A DNA stretch of 32,835 nt from Candidatus Nealsonbacteria bacterium (GCA_030700195.1 JAUYKD010000038.1:1-32835); one strand, 5' to 3'; positions 1 to 8,546 are shown, counted from the stretch's first letter. Notes: generated by a model from the sequence alone, not told the origin. Translations and numbers: made by a program.

Positions 1-1431
1 GAAGTTTTAGAAGGCAAATCTTCGGTTGATGAATCTTTAGTGACCGGAGAATCAATGCCGGTGACTAAAGAAGCGGGGGCTAAAGTAATCGGTTCTACCA
101 TTAATCTTTCCGGGGCGCTCCGATTTAAGGCAACCAAAGTAGGTAAAGAAACTTTATTAGCTCAAATTATCAAAATGGTTGAGCAGGCCCAAGCCTCAAA
201 AGCGCCCATTCAGAGATTGGCTGATTTGGTTTCTTCTTATTTTGTTCCAGTGGTAATAGGCATTGCTTTTTTGACATTTATTATTTGGTTCTTTTTTGGA
301 CCGGTTCCAGCTTTAACTTTTGCCTTGGTTAATTTTGTAGCGGTTTTAATTATTGCTTGTCCCTGCGCTTTGGGGTTAGCTACTCCTTTAGCTATTATGA
401 TAGGCACGGGCAACGCCGCTCAAAGAGGAATTTTAGTGAAAAATGCTGAAACTCTGGAAATCGCTCACAAAATTAAAGCAATTATTTTAGACAAAACAGG
501 CACTCTGACTAAAGGAAAACCAGAATTAACAGATGTTATGGCTTTTGGCGGCGATCAGAAAGAAATTTTACAGCTGGCCGCTTCTTTGGAAAAGTTTTCC
601 GAACATCATTTGGCAAAACCCATTGTTAAAGAAGCGCAAAAAGAAAAATTGGAAGATCTTAAGGTAAATGATTTTGAGGCGGTGGCGGGCAAAGGAATAA
701 AAGGAAATTTAGTAATTGACGGCCGAGAAATTTTTGGAGCGGTTGGCAACCGAGCGCTGATGAAAGAGTTGAATGTATCTTTAACCGATTTTGAGGAAAA
801 CATTATCAGTCTTGAAACCGAAGGCAAGACAGTGGTTATTTTGACCTTGGAAAATAAGGTAAGGGGTCTCTTAGCGGTGGCCGATACTTTAAAAAAAGAG
901 AGCGTTGAAGCCGTTAATTTATTGAAAAAAGAAGGTCTGGATGTTTGGATGATTACCGGGGACAATGAAAGAGTGGCCAGAGCCGTTGCTAAGCAAGCCG
1001 GGATAGAAAATGTCATGGCTCAGGTTTTGCCTCAAGATAAAGCTGAAAAAGTCAAAGAACTTCAAAAAACCGGAAAATTAGTGGCTATGGTCGGAGATGG
1101 AATTAATGACGCGCCGGCCTTGGCTCAAGCTAATTTGGGCATTGCCATGGGCGAGGGGACTGATGTGGCTATGGAGTCAGCCGAAATTACTTTAATGAGG
1201 GGCGATTTAACTTTAATTCCCGAAGTAATTTCACTTTCCCGGAGAACTTTGAAAATAATTAAACAAAACTTATTCTGGGCATTTTTCTATAATTCAGCTG
1301 GTATTCCGATAGCTGCGGGCCTTTTATATCCCTTTTTCGGCATTTTGCTCAACCCGATTTTTGCGGCCGCAGCCATGGCTTTTTCTTCTTTATCGGTTGT
1401 TTTAAACTCTTTGCGCTTAAAACGCGGCTGA
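1..1431 (+). CDS. Heavy-metal-translocating P1B-type ATPase (CopA-like), N-terminus outside window
   Basis: Frame 1 is open from base 1 (EVLEGKSSVDESLVTGESMPV...). Motifs TGES, CPC (ACPCALGLATP), DKTGTLT, GDGINDAP. Stop at 1429-1431. Confidence 0.9.
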   Translation, partial: EVLEGKSSVDESLVTGESMPVTKEAGAKVIGSTINLSGALRFKATKVGKETLLAQIIKMVEQAQASKAPIQRLADLVSSYFVPVVIGIAFLTFIIWFFFGPVPALTFALVNFVAVLIIACPCALGLATPLAIMIGTGNAAQRGILVKNAETLEIAHKIKAIILDKTGTLTKGKPELTDVMAFGGDQKEILQLAASLEKFSEHHLAKPIVKEAQKEKLEDLKVNDFEAVAGKGIKGNLVIDGREIFGAVGNRALMKELNVSLTDFEENIISLETEGKTVVILTLENKVRGLLAVADTLKKESVEAVNLLKKEGLDVWMITGDNERVARAVAKQAGIENVMAQVLPQDKAEKVKELQKTGKLVAMVGDGINDAPALAQANLGIAMGEGTDVAMESAEITLMRGDLTLIPEVISLSRRTLKIIKQNLFWAFFYNSAGIPIAAGLLYPFFGILLNPIFAAAAMAFSSLSVVLNSLRLKRG

Positions 1432-1504
1432 TATAAAGGAGGAATAGTCCCGCTTACTTTGAAAAACTCTTTCTCTTTCTTCTTGGTTGAATTATAATAA
1501 GGTC

Positions 1505-2641
1505 ATGCGAAAATTGGTTTGTTTAATTTTTATTTTAGGGCTGATATTCGGCTACTTTAATTTTGCTTTTGCTCAATCCGACAAAATTCAAATTGATTTT
1601 TTCTACAGCGAAACCTGTCCTCACTGTCAAGCAGAAAAAGAGTTTTTAAGGGATTTGAAGCAGAGGTACCCGGAGCTCGAAATAAAAGAATATGAGATTA
1701 TTAACTCGGCGGAAAACCAGGCGATTCTTAAAGATTTTTACGATAAATATCAGGTTCCTGACGGAGAAAGGGGATGGATACCGGTTACTTTTACTCCGGT
1801 TGAGTTTTTCGTGGGGTTTAACGACCAAACCGCCCAAAACATTGAGAATTGCTTGAAGACCTGCTTGGGCGAGGAAAAAAAGACGCCCCAAGCGCTTAGT
1901 CTGCCGTTTTTTGGCCAAGTAGATGTCTCTAAAATGTCTTTGCCGGTTTTGACCATTGTGCTTGGAGCTTTTGACGGATTCAACCCCTGCGCTATGTGGG
2001 TGCTGCTATTTTTAATCGCTCTTTTAATCAATACTAATTCCAGAAAGAGAATGTGGCTGGTGGCCGGCACGTTTGTTTTTGTTTCAGGCATTGTTTATTT
2101 CTTAATATTGAGCGCTTGGTTGAACTTATTTTTGGCGATTTCCTACATTAACTTGACTAGAATTCTAATCGGGGTCTTGGCTGTTTTTGTCGGAGTTTGG
2201 CAATTAAAAAACTTTATCACGTACAACCCCGGTGTTTGCAAGGCCCTTGGATTAAAATCCAGATTGGAGAATAAGCTGCGCTCAAGAGCAGAGAAAATAG
2301 TCGCTTCTCCCTTTACTTTGGCCATGATAGGCGGGGTTGTTTTTCTTGCTTTGGGGATTAATTTAATTGAGTTTTTCTGTTCAGCCGGCTTGCCGACAAT
2401 TTATACGCGCATTTTGGCCATGAGCGACATTAGTTCTCTCAGCCATTATCTTTATCTTCTTCTTTACACCTTTATTTTTATACTTGATGATATTATAATA
2501 TTCTCTGTAGCTGTCATAGCTTTGAGCAAGCTTAACTTTACCGAGAAGTACAATTATTGGACAACCTTGCTGGGAGGAATACTTATTTTCGTTTTAGGTC
2601 TTTTGTTAATATTTAAACCCGAGTTATTAATTTTCAATTAG
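1505..2641 (+). CDS. Thioredoxin-fold domain fused to polytopic membrane domain (CcdA/DsbD-like flavour)
   Basis: ATG 1505 gives signal-like MRKLVCLIFILGLIFGYFNFAFA. A CPHC redox motif is followed by about 6 hydrophobic helices containing FNPC and FFCSAGLP. The ORF track starts at TTG 1487, so the start is uncertain. Confidence 0.55.
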   Translation: MRKLVCLIFILGLIFGYFNFAFAQSDKIQIDFFYSETCPHCQAEKEFLRDLKQRYPELEIKEYEIINSAENQAILKDFYDKYQVPDGERGWIPVTFTPVEFFVGFNDQTAQNIENCLKTCLGEEKKTPQALSLPFFGQVDVSKMSLPVLTIVLGAFDGFNPCAMWVLLFLIALLINTNSRKRMWLVAGTFVFVSGIVYFLILSAWLNLFLAISYINLTRILIGVLAVFVGVWQLKNFITYNPGVCKALGLKSRLENKLRSRAEKIVASPFTLAMIGGVVFLALGINLIEFFCSAGLPTIYTRILAMSDISSLSHYLYLLLYTFIFILDDIIIFSVAVIALSKLNFTEKYNYWTTLLGGILIFVLGLLLIFKPELLIFN

Positions 2642-2914
2642 ATGGTCAAATTTTTAGGAGCATTGGACATATTTGCCGCAGCGGTTCTTGTCGGGACTGC
2701 TTTTCAGCTTTCCATAGCTCATGGCCTTATCATTACTCTGGCTGTTTATCTTTTATTGAAAGCAATCCTATTTTTAAAGGATATCGGCAGTTTGTTTGAT
2801 ATTCTGGCCGGTCTAGCTCTTTTGTTAAGCTTATTCTTTGTCCTGCCCCAGTTTCTTGTTTTTATTGTGGCCGGCTTGGTAGGGTTTAAGGGAATTATGA
2901 GTTTATTTGCCTAA
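2642..2914 (+). CDS. Hypothetical small membrane protein (90 aa)
   Basis: Tightly packed with neighbours (start 1 nt after upstream stop, stop overlaps next ATG). Almost entirely hydrophobic. No family recognised. Confidence 0.5.
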   Translation: MVKFLGALDIFAAAVLVGTAFQLSIAHGLIITLAVYLLLKAILFLKDIGSLFDILAGLALLLSLFFVLPQFLVFIVAGLVGFKGIMSLFA

Positions 2915-3654
2915 TGAATACCTTATTTTACATTATCATAGCAACGTTTTTTATAAGTCTGCTTTCTTTTGTCGGGGCTTTAATTTTGTTTTTGAAAGAA
3001 AAAATTCTAAATAAAATCATTTTAATTTTAGTAGCTTTCTCTTCCGGAGCGCTTATTGGCGGCGCTTTTCTTCATTTAATACCAGAATCTCTGGAACAAG
3101 CCGGGACAAATTTAAATGTTTTTCTCTTTGTTATTCTGGGTTTTTGCGCTTTTTTCATCTTGGAAAGCTTAATCCACTGGCATCATCATCATGCCAAAAA
3201 GCACCCGGGCATTATGCCTTTTTCTTATTTAATACTGGTTTCAGATACTGTTCATAATTTTATTGACGGTCTTATTATTGCCGCTGCCTTTGTTGTTTCT
3301 TTGCCCGTTGGGTTGGTGACGACATTGGTTATAGTTTTGCACGAAATTCCGCAGGAATTGGGTGATTTTGCGGTTTTGGTTTACGGCGGGGTTCGAAAAA
3401 GCAGGGCTTTGCTCTTGAATTTTATTTCCGCCTTAAGCGCCGTATTAGGAGGCGTCGTTGGATTCTTTTTTGCGGCCGAAATAGGCAAATCAGCCATTTA
3501 CCTTTTGCCTTTTGCGGCCGGCACTTTCATTTATATTGCTGCTTCAGACTTAATTCCGGAAATCAAACAGAAGGCGCCTCCCGGGAAAGCCGTGATTCAT
3601 TTTTTCGTATTTCTACTGGGGGTTGCTTTTATGTTGTTGATAAAACTGCTATAA
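2914..3654 (+). CDS. ZIP-family divalent metal transporter (ZupT-like)
   Basis: His-rich loop HWHHHHAKKH, HEIPQELGDF signature, multiple TM helices. Confidence 0.8.
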   Translation: MNTLFYIIIATFFISLLSFVGALILFLKEKILNKIILILVAFSSGALIGGAFLHLIPESLEQAGTNLNVFLFVILGFCAFFILESLIHWHHHHAKKHPGIMPFSYLILVSDTVHNFIDGLIIAAAFVVSLPVGLVTTLVIVLHEIPQELGDFAVLVYGGVRKSRALLLNFISALSAVLGGVVGFFFAAEIGKSAIYLLPFAAGTFIYIAASDLIPEIKQKAPPGKAVIHFFVFLLGVAFMLLIKLL

Positions 3655-3692
3655 TAGAGAAAGGTCGGTAAAACACATTAATATTTAATTTT

Positions 3693-4451
3693 ATGGACTT
3701 AAAAGGAAAAGTGGCAATTATTACCGGAGCTAGAAGGGGAATGGGCAGAACCCATGCCTTGGCTTTGGCTAAAGCTGGAGCAAAAGTGGTGGTTTCAGAT
3801 ATTTCTTTGGAAGATTGTCAGAAAGTGGCCAAAGAGATTGAAAAGCAGAAAGGAGAGGCCTTAGCCGTCAAGTGCGACGTGTCTAAAAAAGAGGAAGTTG
3901 ATAAAATGATTCAGATGGCTGTGAGTAAATGGGGAAGAATAGATATTTTAGTTAATAATGCGGGTATCTGCCAATTTAAGCCATTTTTAGAAATGACCGA
4001 AAAAGAATGGGATTTGACTTTAGATATCAACCTTAAAGGATATTTCTTTTGCGCCCAAGCGGTTGCCAAGCAAATGGTTAAGCAAAAATCAGGGGTCATA
4101 GTTAATATTGCTTCTGTAGCCATGGGCCAACAGGGAATCGGCTTTCCCAATATTGCTCACTACTGCGCTTCCAAGGGCGGGATTGTCGGTTTGACCGAAG
4201 CTTTAGCTATTGAATTGGCTCCATATAATATCAGGGTCAATGCTGTTTCTCCGGGGATGATTGAGACCCCGATGATTAGTTCCGTTAAGCAGGACAAAAA
4301 AACAATAGAAGCTATATTGTCTCGGGTGCCCCTGCGAAGAGTGGGCAGGCCGGAAGAGGTCTCCAACCTTGTTTTATTCTTAGTCTCGGAAGATTCTTCG
4401 TATATAACCGGTTCAACCGTGGTGGTGGATGGTGGCTGGCTGGCCGCTTAA
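3693..4451 (+). CDS. Short-chain dehydrogenase/reductase (FabG-like)
   Basis: ITGARRGMG cofactor motif, NNAG, catalytic Ser and YCASK (YxxxK), 252 aa. Confidence 0.85.
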   Translation: MDLKGKVAIITGARRGMGRTHALALAKAGAKVVVSDISLEDCQKVAKEIEKQKGEALAVKCDVSKKEEVDKMIQMAVSKWGRIDILVNNAGICQFKPFLEMTEKEWDLTLDINLKGYFFCAQAVAKQMVKQKSGVIVNIASVAMGQQGIGFPNIAHYCASKGGIVGLTEALAIELAPYNIRVNAVSPGMIETPMISSVKQDKKTIEAILSRVPLRRVGRPEEVSNLVLFLVSEDSSYITGSTVVVDGGWLAA

Positions 4452-4507
4452 GGGCGATGAGAAATTATTTCTCATCTTAACCTTCTCTCGGTTTCGCCTC
4501 GCTCGGT
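4452..4507 (+). repeat. Family 2 bipartite hairpin element, degenerate second hairpin
   Basis: GGGCGATGAGAAattaTTTCTCATCTTAACCTTC...CTCGGT starts right after the SDR stop codon. It has the same ...CTCGGTGCTTGA end as the copy at 5432-5490. Confidence 0.6.
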
Positions 4508-4560
4508 GCTTGACTGGCTTATTGGCTTAAACTACGATAAAGTAATCGCACGGAAAATTC

Positions 4561-4618
4561 ACCCTGTTAAATAATTTCGCCTTTGGCGAAATTGCCGCAA
4601 AGCGGCATTTAATAGGGT
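4561..4618 (+). repeat. Family 1 stem-closed element, short form (three-way junction)
   Basis: P1 ACCCTGTTAAAT/ATTTAATAGGGT (12 bp incl. one GU). P2 AATTTCGCC-TTT-GGCGAAATT. P3 GCCGC-AAA-GCGGC. No unpaired junction bases. Same architecture as 16727-16783. Confidence 0.65.
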
Positions 4619-4662
4619 AAAGGTCGATTCAAACACTAAATTTTAAATTATTTATAATTATT

Positions 4663-4818
4663 ATGGAAGGATATTGCGTAAAATGCAAAGCTAAAAGAGA
4701 AATGTCAGAGGCCAAAGAAGTGGAAATGAACGGCAAGGGTGGAGTTAAGAGAAGGGCTATGACTGGAAAGTGCCCCAAGTGCGGAACCAAGATGTTTCGA
4801 ATTATGGGCAAGGCCTAA
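4663..4818 (+). CDS. DUF5679-like small zinc-ribbon protein (51 aa)
   Basis: Not in ORF track (under 60 aa). Hand translation: MEGYCVKCKAKREMSEAKEVEMNGKGGVKRRAMTGKCPKCGTKMFRIMGKA. CxxC...CxxC pattern as remembered for DUF5679. The antisense 60-aa ORF 4629-4811 is rejected. Confidence 0.6.
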   Translation: MEGYCVKCKAKREMSEAKEVEMNGKGGVKRRAMTGKCPKCGTKMFRIMGKA

Positions 4819-4873
4819 GGCGAAGGGAAATTCGTTCTCTTCTTTAACTTCGCTTCCATAAATGGAGCTCGTT
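4819..4873 (+). repeat. Family 2 bipartite hairpin element
   Basis: GGCGAAGGGAAattcGTTCTCTTCTTTAACTTCG-CTTCCATaaATGGAG-CTCGTT, starting right after the stop codon at 4816-4818. Confidence 0.6.
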
Positions 4874-4907
4874 ACTTAAGGATTTCCGGAAATTCTTAAA
4901 TATAGAC

Positions 4908-4931
4908 AAAAGCCGCCAAAGGGCGGCTTTT
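4908..4931 (+). terminator. Rho-independent terminator
   Basis: AAAGCCGCC-AAAG-GGCGGCTTTT hairpin with T run. Confidence 0.6.
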
Positions 4932-5057
4932 GCTTGGCAAAGATCTTTTTAGCGTTTTAAGATAATTAATGTTGGTTTGAATCTTTGTACCCGCAAACTA
5001 TTAACAATGGTTTATGCTATGATAATATAATATTGTAATACAATTTATTACAAATTT

Positions 5058-5273
5058 ATGCGTCAAGTTATTAATATTTCGTTGCCAAAAGAATTAAATA
5101 AAGCCGTTGAAGAAATCGTCAGGAATAGAAAATACGCTACAAAAAGCGAATTTTTCCGTGATTTTTTAAGATTGTGGATAGAGGGAAAAATCCTTCACGA
5201 TTTAGCGGAAAGCAGGCAAGAGCTGGTTTCTGGCAAAGGCAAACTCTTGAGATCATTGAAAGAATTAAGATAG
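5058..5273 (+). CDS. Ribbon-helix-helix (CopG/ParD-like) antitoxin-type protein
   Basis: N-terminal INISLPKELNKAVEEIV...KYATKSEFFRDFLR is the typical RHH beta-strand plus two helices. 71 aa. Confidence 0.65.
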   Translation: MRQVINISLPKELNKAVEEIVRNRKYATKSEFFRDFLRLWIEGKILHDLAESRQELVSGKGKLLRSLKELR

Positions 5274-5390
5274 TCTTTTTATCCCTCCATGAAGATTTAT
5301 TATTCGAGTCATTTTGGTTTCATTCCATTGGCGGCCACTCAATTTACAAACTTTGGGATTAAGATAAATTATAATTACTTTCTTTTCGAT

Positions 5391-5490
5391 CTTCATTCCC
5401 TTTATCCCGCAAAGCGGGACTCGGATCGTGGTCGATGAATCTAAAGATTCATCTCCACCTTCGTCCCGCAAAGCGGGACTCGGTGCTTGA
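5391..5490 (+). repeat. Family 2 bipartite hairpin element, two tandem units
   Basis: Unit a is ...TCCCGCaaagCGGGACTCGG. Unit b is GATGAATCTaaAGATTCATCTCCACCTTCGTCCCGCaaagCGGGACTCGGTGCTTGA. The hairpin of unit b is the reverse complement of the one at 14455-14474. Confidence 0.75.
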
Positions 5491-5551
5491 TTTTTTTATT
5501 AAAGCGAATAATATAATTATAGTTGTTTCAAATTTAGAAAAAATAGGGAAA

Positions 5552-5980
5552 ATGAAAATGGATATAAGATCTGGTTACCTTGATATTGCTGTTGCAATTA
5601 TCCAAAATGGTGAGCATGTTTTGATTGCCCAAAGGTCTCAATATCAAAGTCATCCTGGAAAATGGGAATTTCCTGGTGGAAAAGTAGAACCCAGCGAGGC
5701 GCTTGAAGATTGTTTGAAGCGAGAACTTTTAGAAGAGCTTGAGATAAAGATTCGAGTTGGAGAACGATTTTTAGTTTTTGAGCATAACTATGAGCCACTA
5801 GACAAAAAGATTCATCGTTTCTTTAGTTTTTGGTGCGAAATTTTGGAAGGAAAACCTCTTCTAAAAGAACATCAAAACCTTGCCTGGGTTAGGATCGAAG
5901 AGTTGTCCAATTACGATTTCATTGAAGCAGATATACAACTTGTCGAAATTCTTTTAATTAAAGAAAAGAAAGCCTTGTGA
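5552..5980 (+). CDS. NUDIX hydrolase (MutT-like)
   Basis: Nudix box GGKVEPSEALEDCLKRELLEELEI. The ORF-track start 5435 lies inside the repeat element, so ATG 5552 (or 5558) is preferred. Confidence 0.8.
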   Translation: MKMDIRSGYLDIAVAIIQNGEHVLIAQRSQYQSHPGKWEFPGGKVEPSEALEDCLKRELLEELEIKIRVGERFLVFEHNYEPLDKKIHRFFSFWCEILEGKPLLKEHQNLAWVRIEELSNYDFIEADIQLVEILLIKEKKAL

Positions 5981-6004
5981 TTTTATCACGGGGCTTTTGT
6001 TTTG
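5969..6004 (+). terminator. Rho-independent terminator overlapping NUDIX stop
   Basis: AAAGCCTTGTGAT-TTT-ATCACGGGGCTTT stem (about 11-13 bp incl. GU) followed by TGTTTTG. Confidence 0.55.
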
Positions 6005-6057
6005 TTGATTTAATATTATAATTCTAGTTCTAACATTGTCCACCAGCCCCTGCGAAT

Positions 6058-6085
6058 TTGACACTATTTATCTAATTGATATAGT
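6058..6085 (+). promoter_or_regulatory. Sigma70-like promoter for small Cys4 ORF
   Basis: TTGACA (6058-6063), 16 nt spacer, TATAGT (6080-6085). ATG follows 8 nt later, implying a near-leaderless transcript. Confidence 0.45.
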
Positions 6086-6093
6086 TAAAACAT

Positions 6094-6273
6094 ATGAGGG
6101 TGATAAAATGTGACCAATGTAAAAAGAGCATTAAAGAAAAGCCGGTAACTGCAGGAGTCGGATTGCTTTCCACGGTAGAATTATGCGAGAAATGTGGCGC
6201 ACCAATTTTAAAATTTTTAAGAAAATATAAATTTATAGAAACAAAAACTAATTCAAAACAAAAATATGCTTGA
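6094..6273 (+). CDS. Hypothetical small Cys4 (zinc-ribbon-like) protein, 59 aa
   Basis: Hand translation MRVIKCDQCKKSIKEKPVTAGVGLLSTVELCEKCGAPILKFLRKYKFIETKTNSKQKYA. CxxC...CxxC. Good promoter upstream. Below the ORF-track cutoff. Confidence 0.4.
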   Translation: MRVIKCDQCKKSIKEKPVTAGVGLLSTVELCEKCGAPILKFLRKYKFIETKTNSKQKYA

Positions 6274-6445
6274 CGATAAAGATATTCAAAAACTTATTAA
6301 AGTGAGTTATCTAAAGGAGCCGTATCTAAAGGATCCGAGCTCCTTGAGGTAAGTATTGTCCATAATCTTGGGTCTAACATCGTTCATTAGCCCCTGCGGA
6401 TTTCCGCCTATTCTTTTAGGCGATTTTGGTAGGATAAAAAGATAA

Positions 6446-7300
6446 ATGGAAAAGAAAAGTGTTTTTATTATTTTAGGAACTCTCGTTGGATTGAATATCT
6501 TAGCTTGGTCGGCGGTTTATGAGTTATCTAAAGGAGCCGAGCTCCTTGAGGTGACTTTTTTTGATGTGGGTCAGGGAGACGCCATTTTTATTGAAACGCC
6601 CCAGCGCCATCAGATTCTAATAGACGGTGGTCCTGATTCTGCTGTTTTAGAAAAAATGGGAAAAGAAATGCCGTTCTGGGATAGAACAATTGATTTAATA
6701 GTTTTGACTCATCCGGAGCGCGACCATATGTCCGGTTTGCTTGAGGTTTTAAAAAGATATAAAGTTGAAAACATTTTATGGACAGGAGTTTTAAGGGATA
6801 CGGCCGAATATAAAGAATGGCAGAGGTTAATTCAAAAAGAAGGCGCTAAAATTTATATTGCTCAAGCAGGCCAACGAATTGAAGGAGGCGAGATTTCCTT
6901 TGATATTCTGTATCCGTTTGACAGTTTAGAAGGGCAGGAATTTAAAGATAGCAATGACACTTCGATTATCGCCAAGCTGATTTTCAATGAAACCAGTTTT
7001 TTATTTACCGGTGATGCCACCATGAAAGTTGAAAAAAGATTAATAAACGAAGGGGAAGATATTGATTCGGATGTTTTGAAAGTCGGGCATCATGGAAGCA
7101 AAACTTCTTCGGCCGGAGAATTTATTCAAGCGGTATCTCCCGGCACGGCGGTTATTTCGGTCGGTGGAGACAATAACTACGGCCATCCTTATCCAGAAAC
7201 TTTGGCGATTTTAGAAAAATATGGTATAAAGATTCTTAGAACCGATTTAATAGGCGATATCAAAATAATTTCTGATGGGATCAATTTTATTATTCAATAA
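6446..7300 (+). CDS. ComEC/Rec2-type metallo-beta-lactamase domain protein with N-terminal TM anchor
   Basis: DVGQGDAIFIE, LTHPERDHMSG, GDA, VGHHGS motifs of the ComEC C-terminal MBL domain. One N-terminal TM helix. Confidence 0.8.
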   Translation: MEKKSVFIILGTLVGLNILAWSAVYELSKGAELLEVTFFDVGQGDAIFIETPQRHQILIDGGPDSAVLEKMGKEMPFWDRTIDLIVLTHPERDHMSGLLEVLKRYKVENILWTGVLRDTAEYKEWQRLIQKEGAKIYIAQAGQRIEGGEISFDILYPFDSLEGQEFKDSNDTSIIAKLIFNETSFLFTGDATMKVEKRLINEGEDIDSDVLKVGHHGSKTSSAGEFIQAVSPGTAVISVGGDNNYGHPYPETLAILEKYGIKILRTDLIGDIKIISDGINFIIQ

Positions 7301-7302
7301 CA

Positions 7303-8367
7303 ATGCAATTCCCAATTTTCAAAACTAAAATCAAAGGAATAACCAAAAAATTCAACCTGAACAATCCTGAAGAGAGAAGAAAGTATTTTGAATTGAAAGC
7401 AGGCAAGGAAATTAAAAAGCTTAGGGATTATCTAAAGAAGGGTAATACTTTTATAGTTTATCTTTTAGGAAAGAAGAATTCAGGCAAAGGGACTTACTCC
7501 AAGATGTTTGCTGAAATGGTTGATGCGGAGAAAATTGAGCATTTTTCAATAGGCGATATGATTAGGGTGATTGATAAAGAGCTTCAAGACGGCAAAAAAA
7601 GAAAAGAGCTCTTTAGTTTCTTGGAGAAAAATTATCGGGGGGCTCGTTCAATCAAGCAGATAGAAGAGCTTCTTAATAAAAGAAGCACCTCAGCTCCTCT
7701 TTTGCCCACAGAACTGATTTTAATTTTACTTAAAAGGGAAATCGGCAAAAGGAAAAAGAAAACTATTTTTATCGACGGTTTTCCAAGGGATTTGGACCAG
7801 CTGAATTTTACTTTGTTTTTTCGTGATCTTATCGGCTATCGAGACGACCAGGATGTTTTTGTTTTGCTTGACGTTCCCGAAGCTGTGATTGACGAAAGGA
7901 TAAAGCACCGGAGGGTTTGTCCTGCCTGTCAGACCTCAAGAAACCTAAAGCTTTTGCCGACTTCAAAGGTTGGGTATGACGAAAAGAAAAAGGAATTTTC
8001 TTTAATGTGCGACAATCCAAAGTGCTCTGGCCCGAAAATGGCTCCTAAAGAAGGAGACGACAAGGGGATTAAGCCGATTAAGGCGCGGCTGATGAAGGAC
8101 GAAGAGCTGATTAAGCAGGCCGCTTCTCTCTACGGCATTCCCAAAGTATTTTTAAGAAATTCTGTTCCAAAGAGTTTGGCCGGAGAATATGTTGATGATT
8201 ACGAGCTTACTCCCGAGTACTGCTATCAATGGGACGGTAAAAAGGTTTTGATTAAAGAAAAAAACTGGGTAATTCCGGACGATGAAGGAAGGCCGTCTTA
8301 CAGCTTACTGGCTCCTCCGGTAGTTGTTTCTTTATTCAAGCAACTCGTTGAGATTTTGAATCTTTAA
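7303..8367 (+). CDS. Adenylate-kinase-family protein with long C-terminal extension
   Basis: P-loop GKKNSGKGT, DGFPRDLDQ (compare Adk DGFPRT), Cys4 LID-like CPACQ...CDNPKC. 354 aa versus about 215 for a typical Adk. Confidence 0.6.
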   Translation: MQFPIFKTKIKGITKKFNLNNPEERRKYFELKAGKEIKKLRDYLKKGNTFIVYLLGKKNSGKGTYSKMFAEMVDAEKIEHFSIGDMIRVIDKELQDGKKRKELFSFLEKNYRGARSIKQIEELLNKRSTSAPLLPTELILILLKREIGKRKKKTIFIDGFPRDLDQLNFTLFFRDLIGYRDDQDVFVLLDVPEAVIDERIKHRRVCPACQTSRNLKLLPTSKVGYDEKKKEFSLMCDNPKCSGPKMAPKEGDDKGIKPIKARLMKDEELIKQAASLYGIPKVFLRNSVPKSLAGEYVDDYELTPEYCYQWDGKKVLIKEKNWVIPDDEGRPSYSLLAPPVVVSLFKQLVEILNL

Positions 8368-8371
8368 AATG

Positions 8372-8442
8372 TCGGGCTGTGGGGGATCGAACCCCATTCA
8401 CAGGACCCCCAGCCCTGCATAATACCAATATACGACAGCCCG
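8372..8442 (-). tRNA. tRNA-Pro (anticodon GGG), CCA not encoded
   Basis: Hand-folded cloverleaf. Acceptor CGGGCTG/CAGCCCG. Anticodon stem CAGGG/TCCTG with loop CTGGGGG. T arm TGGGG-TTCGATC-CCCCA. Short 3-bp D stem with GG in the loop. 71 nt. Confidence 0.85.
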
Positions 8443-8452
8443 CGAATTATTT

Positions 8453-8546
8453 ACCGAGTCCCGCGTAGCGGCAATGAGATAAATCTCATTTTGAACTTCA
8501 CTGCAGTTCGTTGGTTGAAGGTAGAAGATGAGGTTCGCTCATCGCC
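8453..8546 (-). repeat. Family 2 bipartite hairpin element, two units, between rpmB and tRNA-Pro
   Basis: Read on the minus strand: GGCGATGAGcgaaCCTCATCTTCTACCTTC...then...GCCGCTACGCGGGACTCGGTAAATAATT. The first hairpin contains the rpmB stop codon. Confidence 0.7.

Noticed and set aside
4629-4811. 60-aa minus-strand ORF
   Set aside because: It is antisense to the better-supported 51-aa DUF5679-like zinc-ribbon gene on the plus strand. It has no RBS and no recognisable motif.
5174-5471. Overlapping ORFs 5174-5362 (+), 5265-5471 (-) and the 5435 start of the NUDIX ORF
   Set aside because: They run through family 2 repeat units and lack motifs. The NUDIX domain begins only after ATG 5552.
6344-6351. 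GAGGTAAGT resembling a eukaryotic 5' splice site
   Set aside because: This is a bacterial context and a short chance match. It is part of the duplicated ComEC-like fragment.
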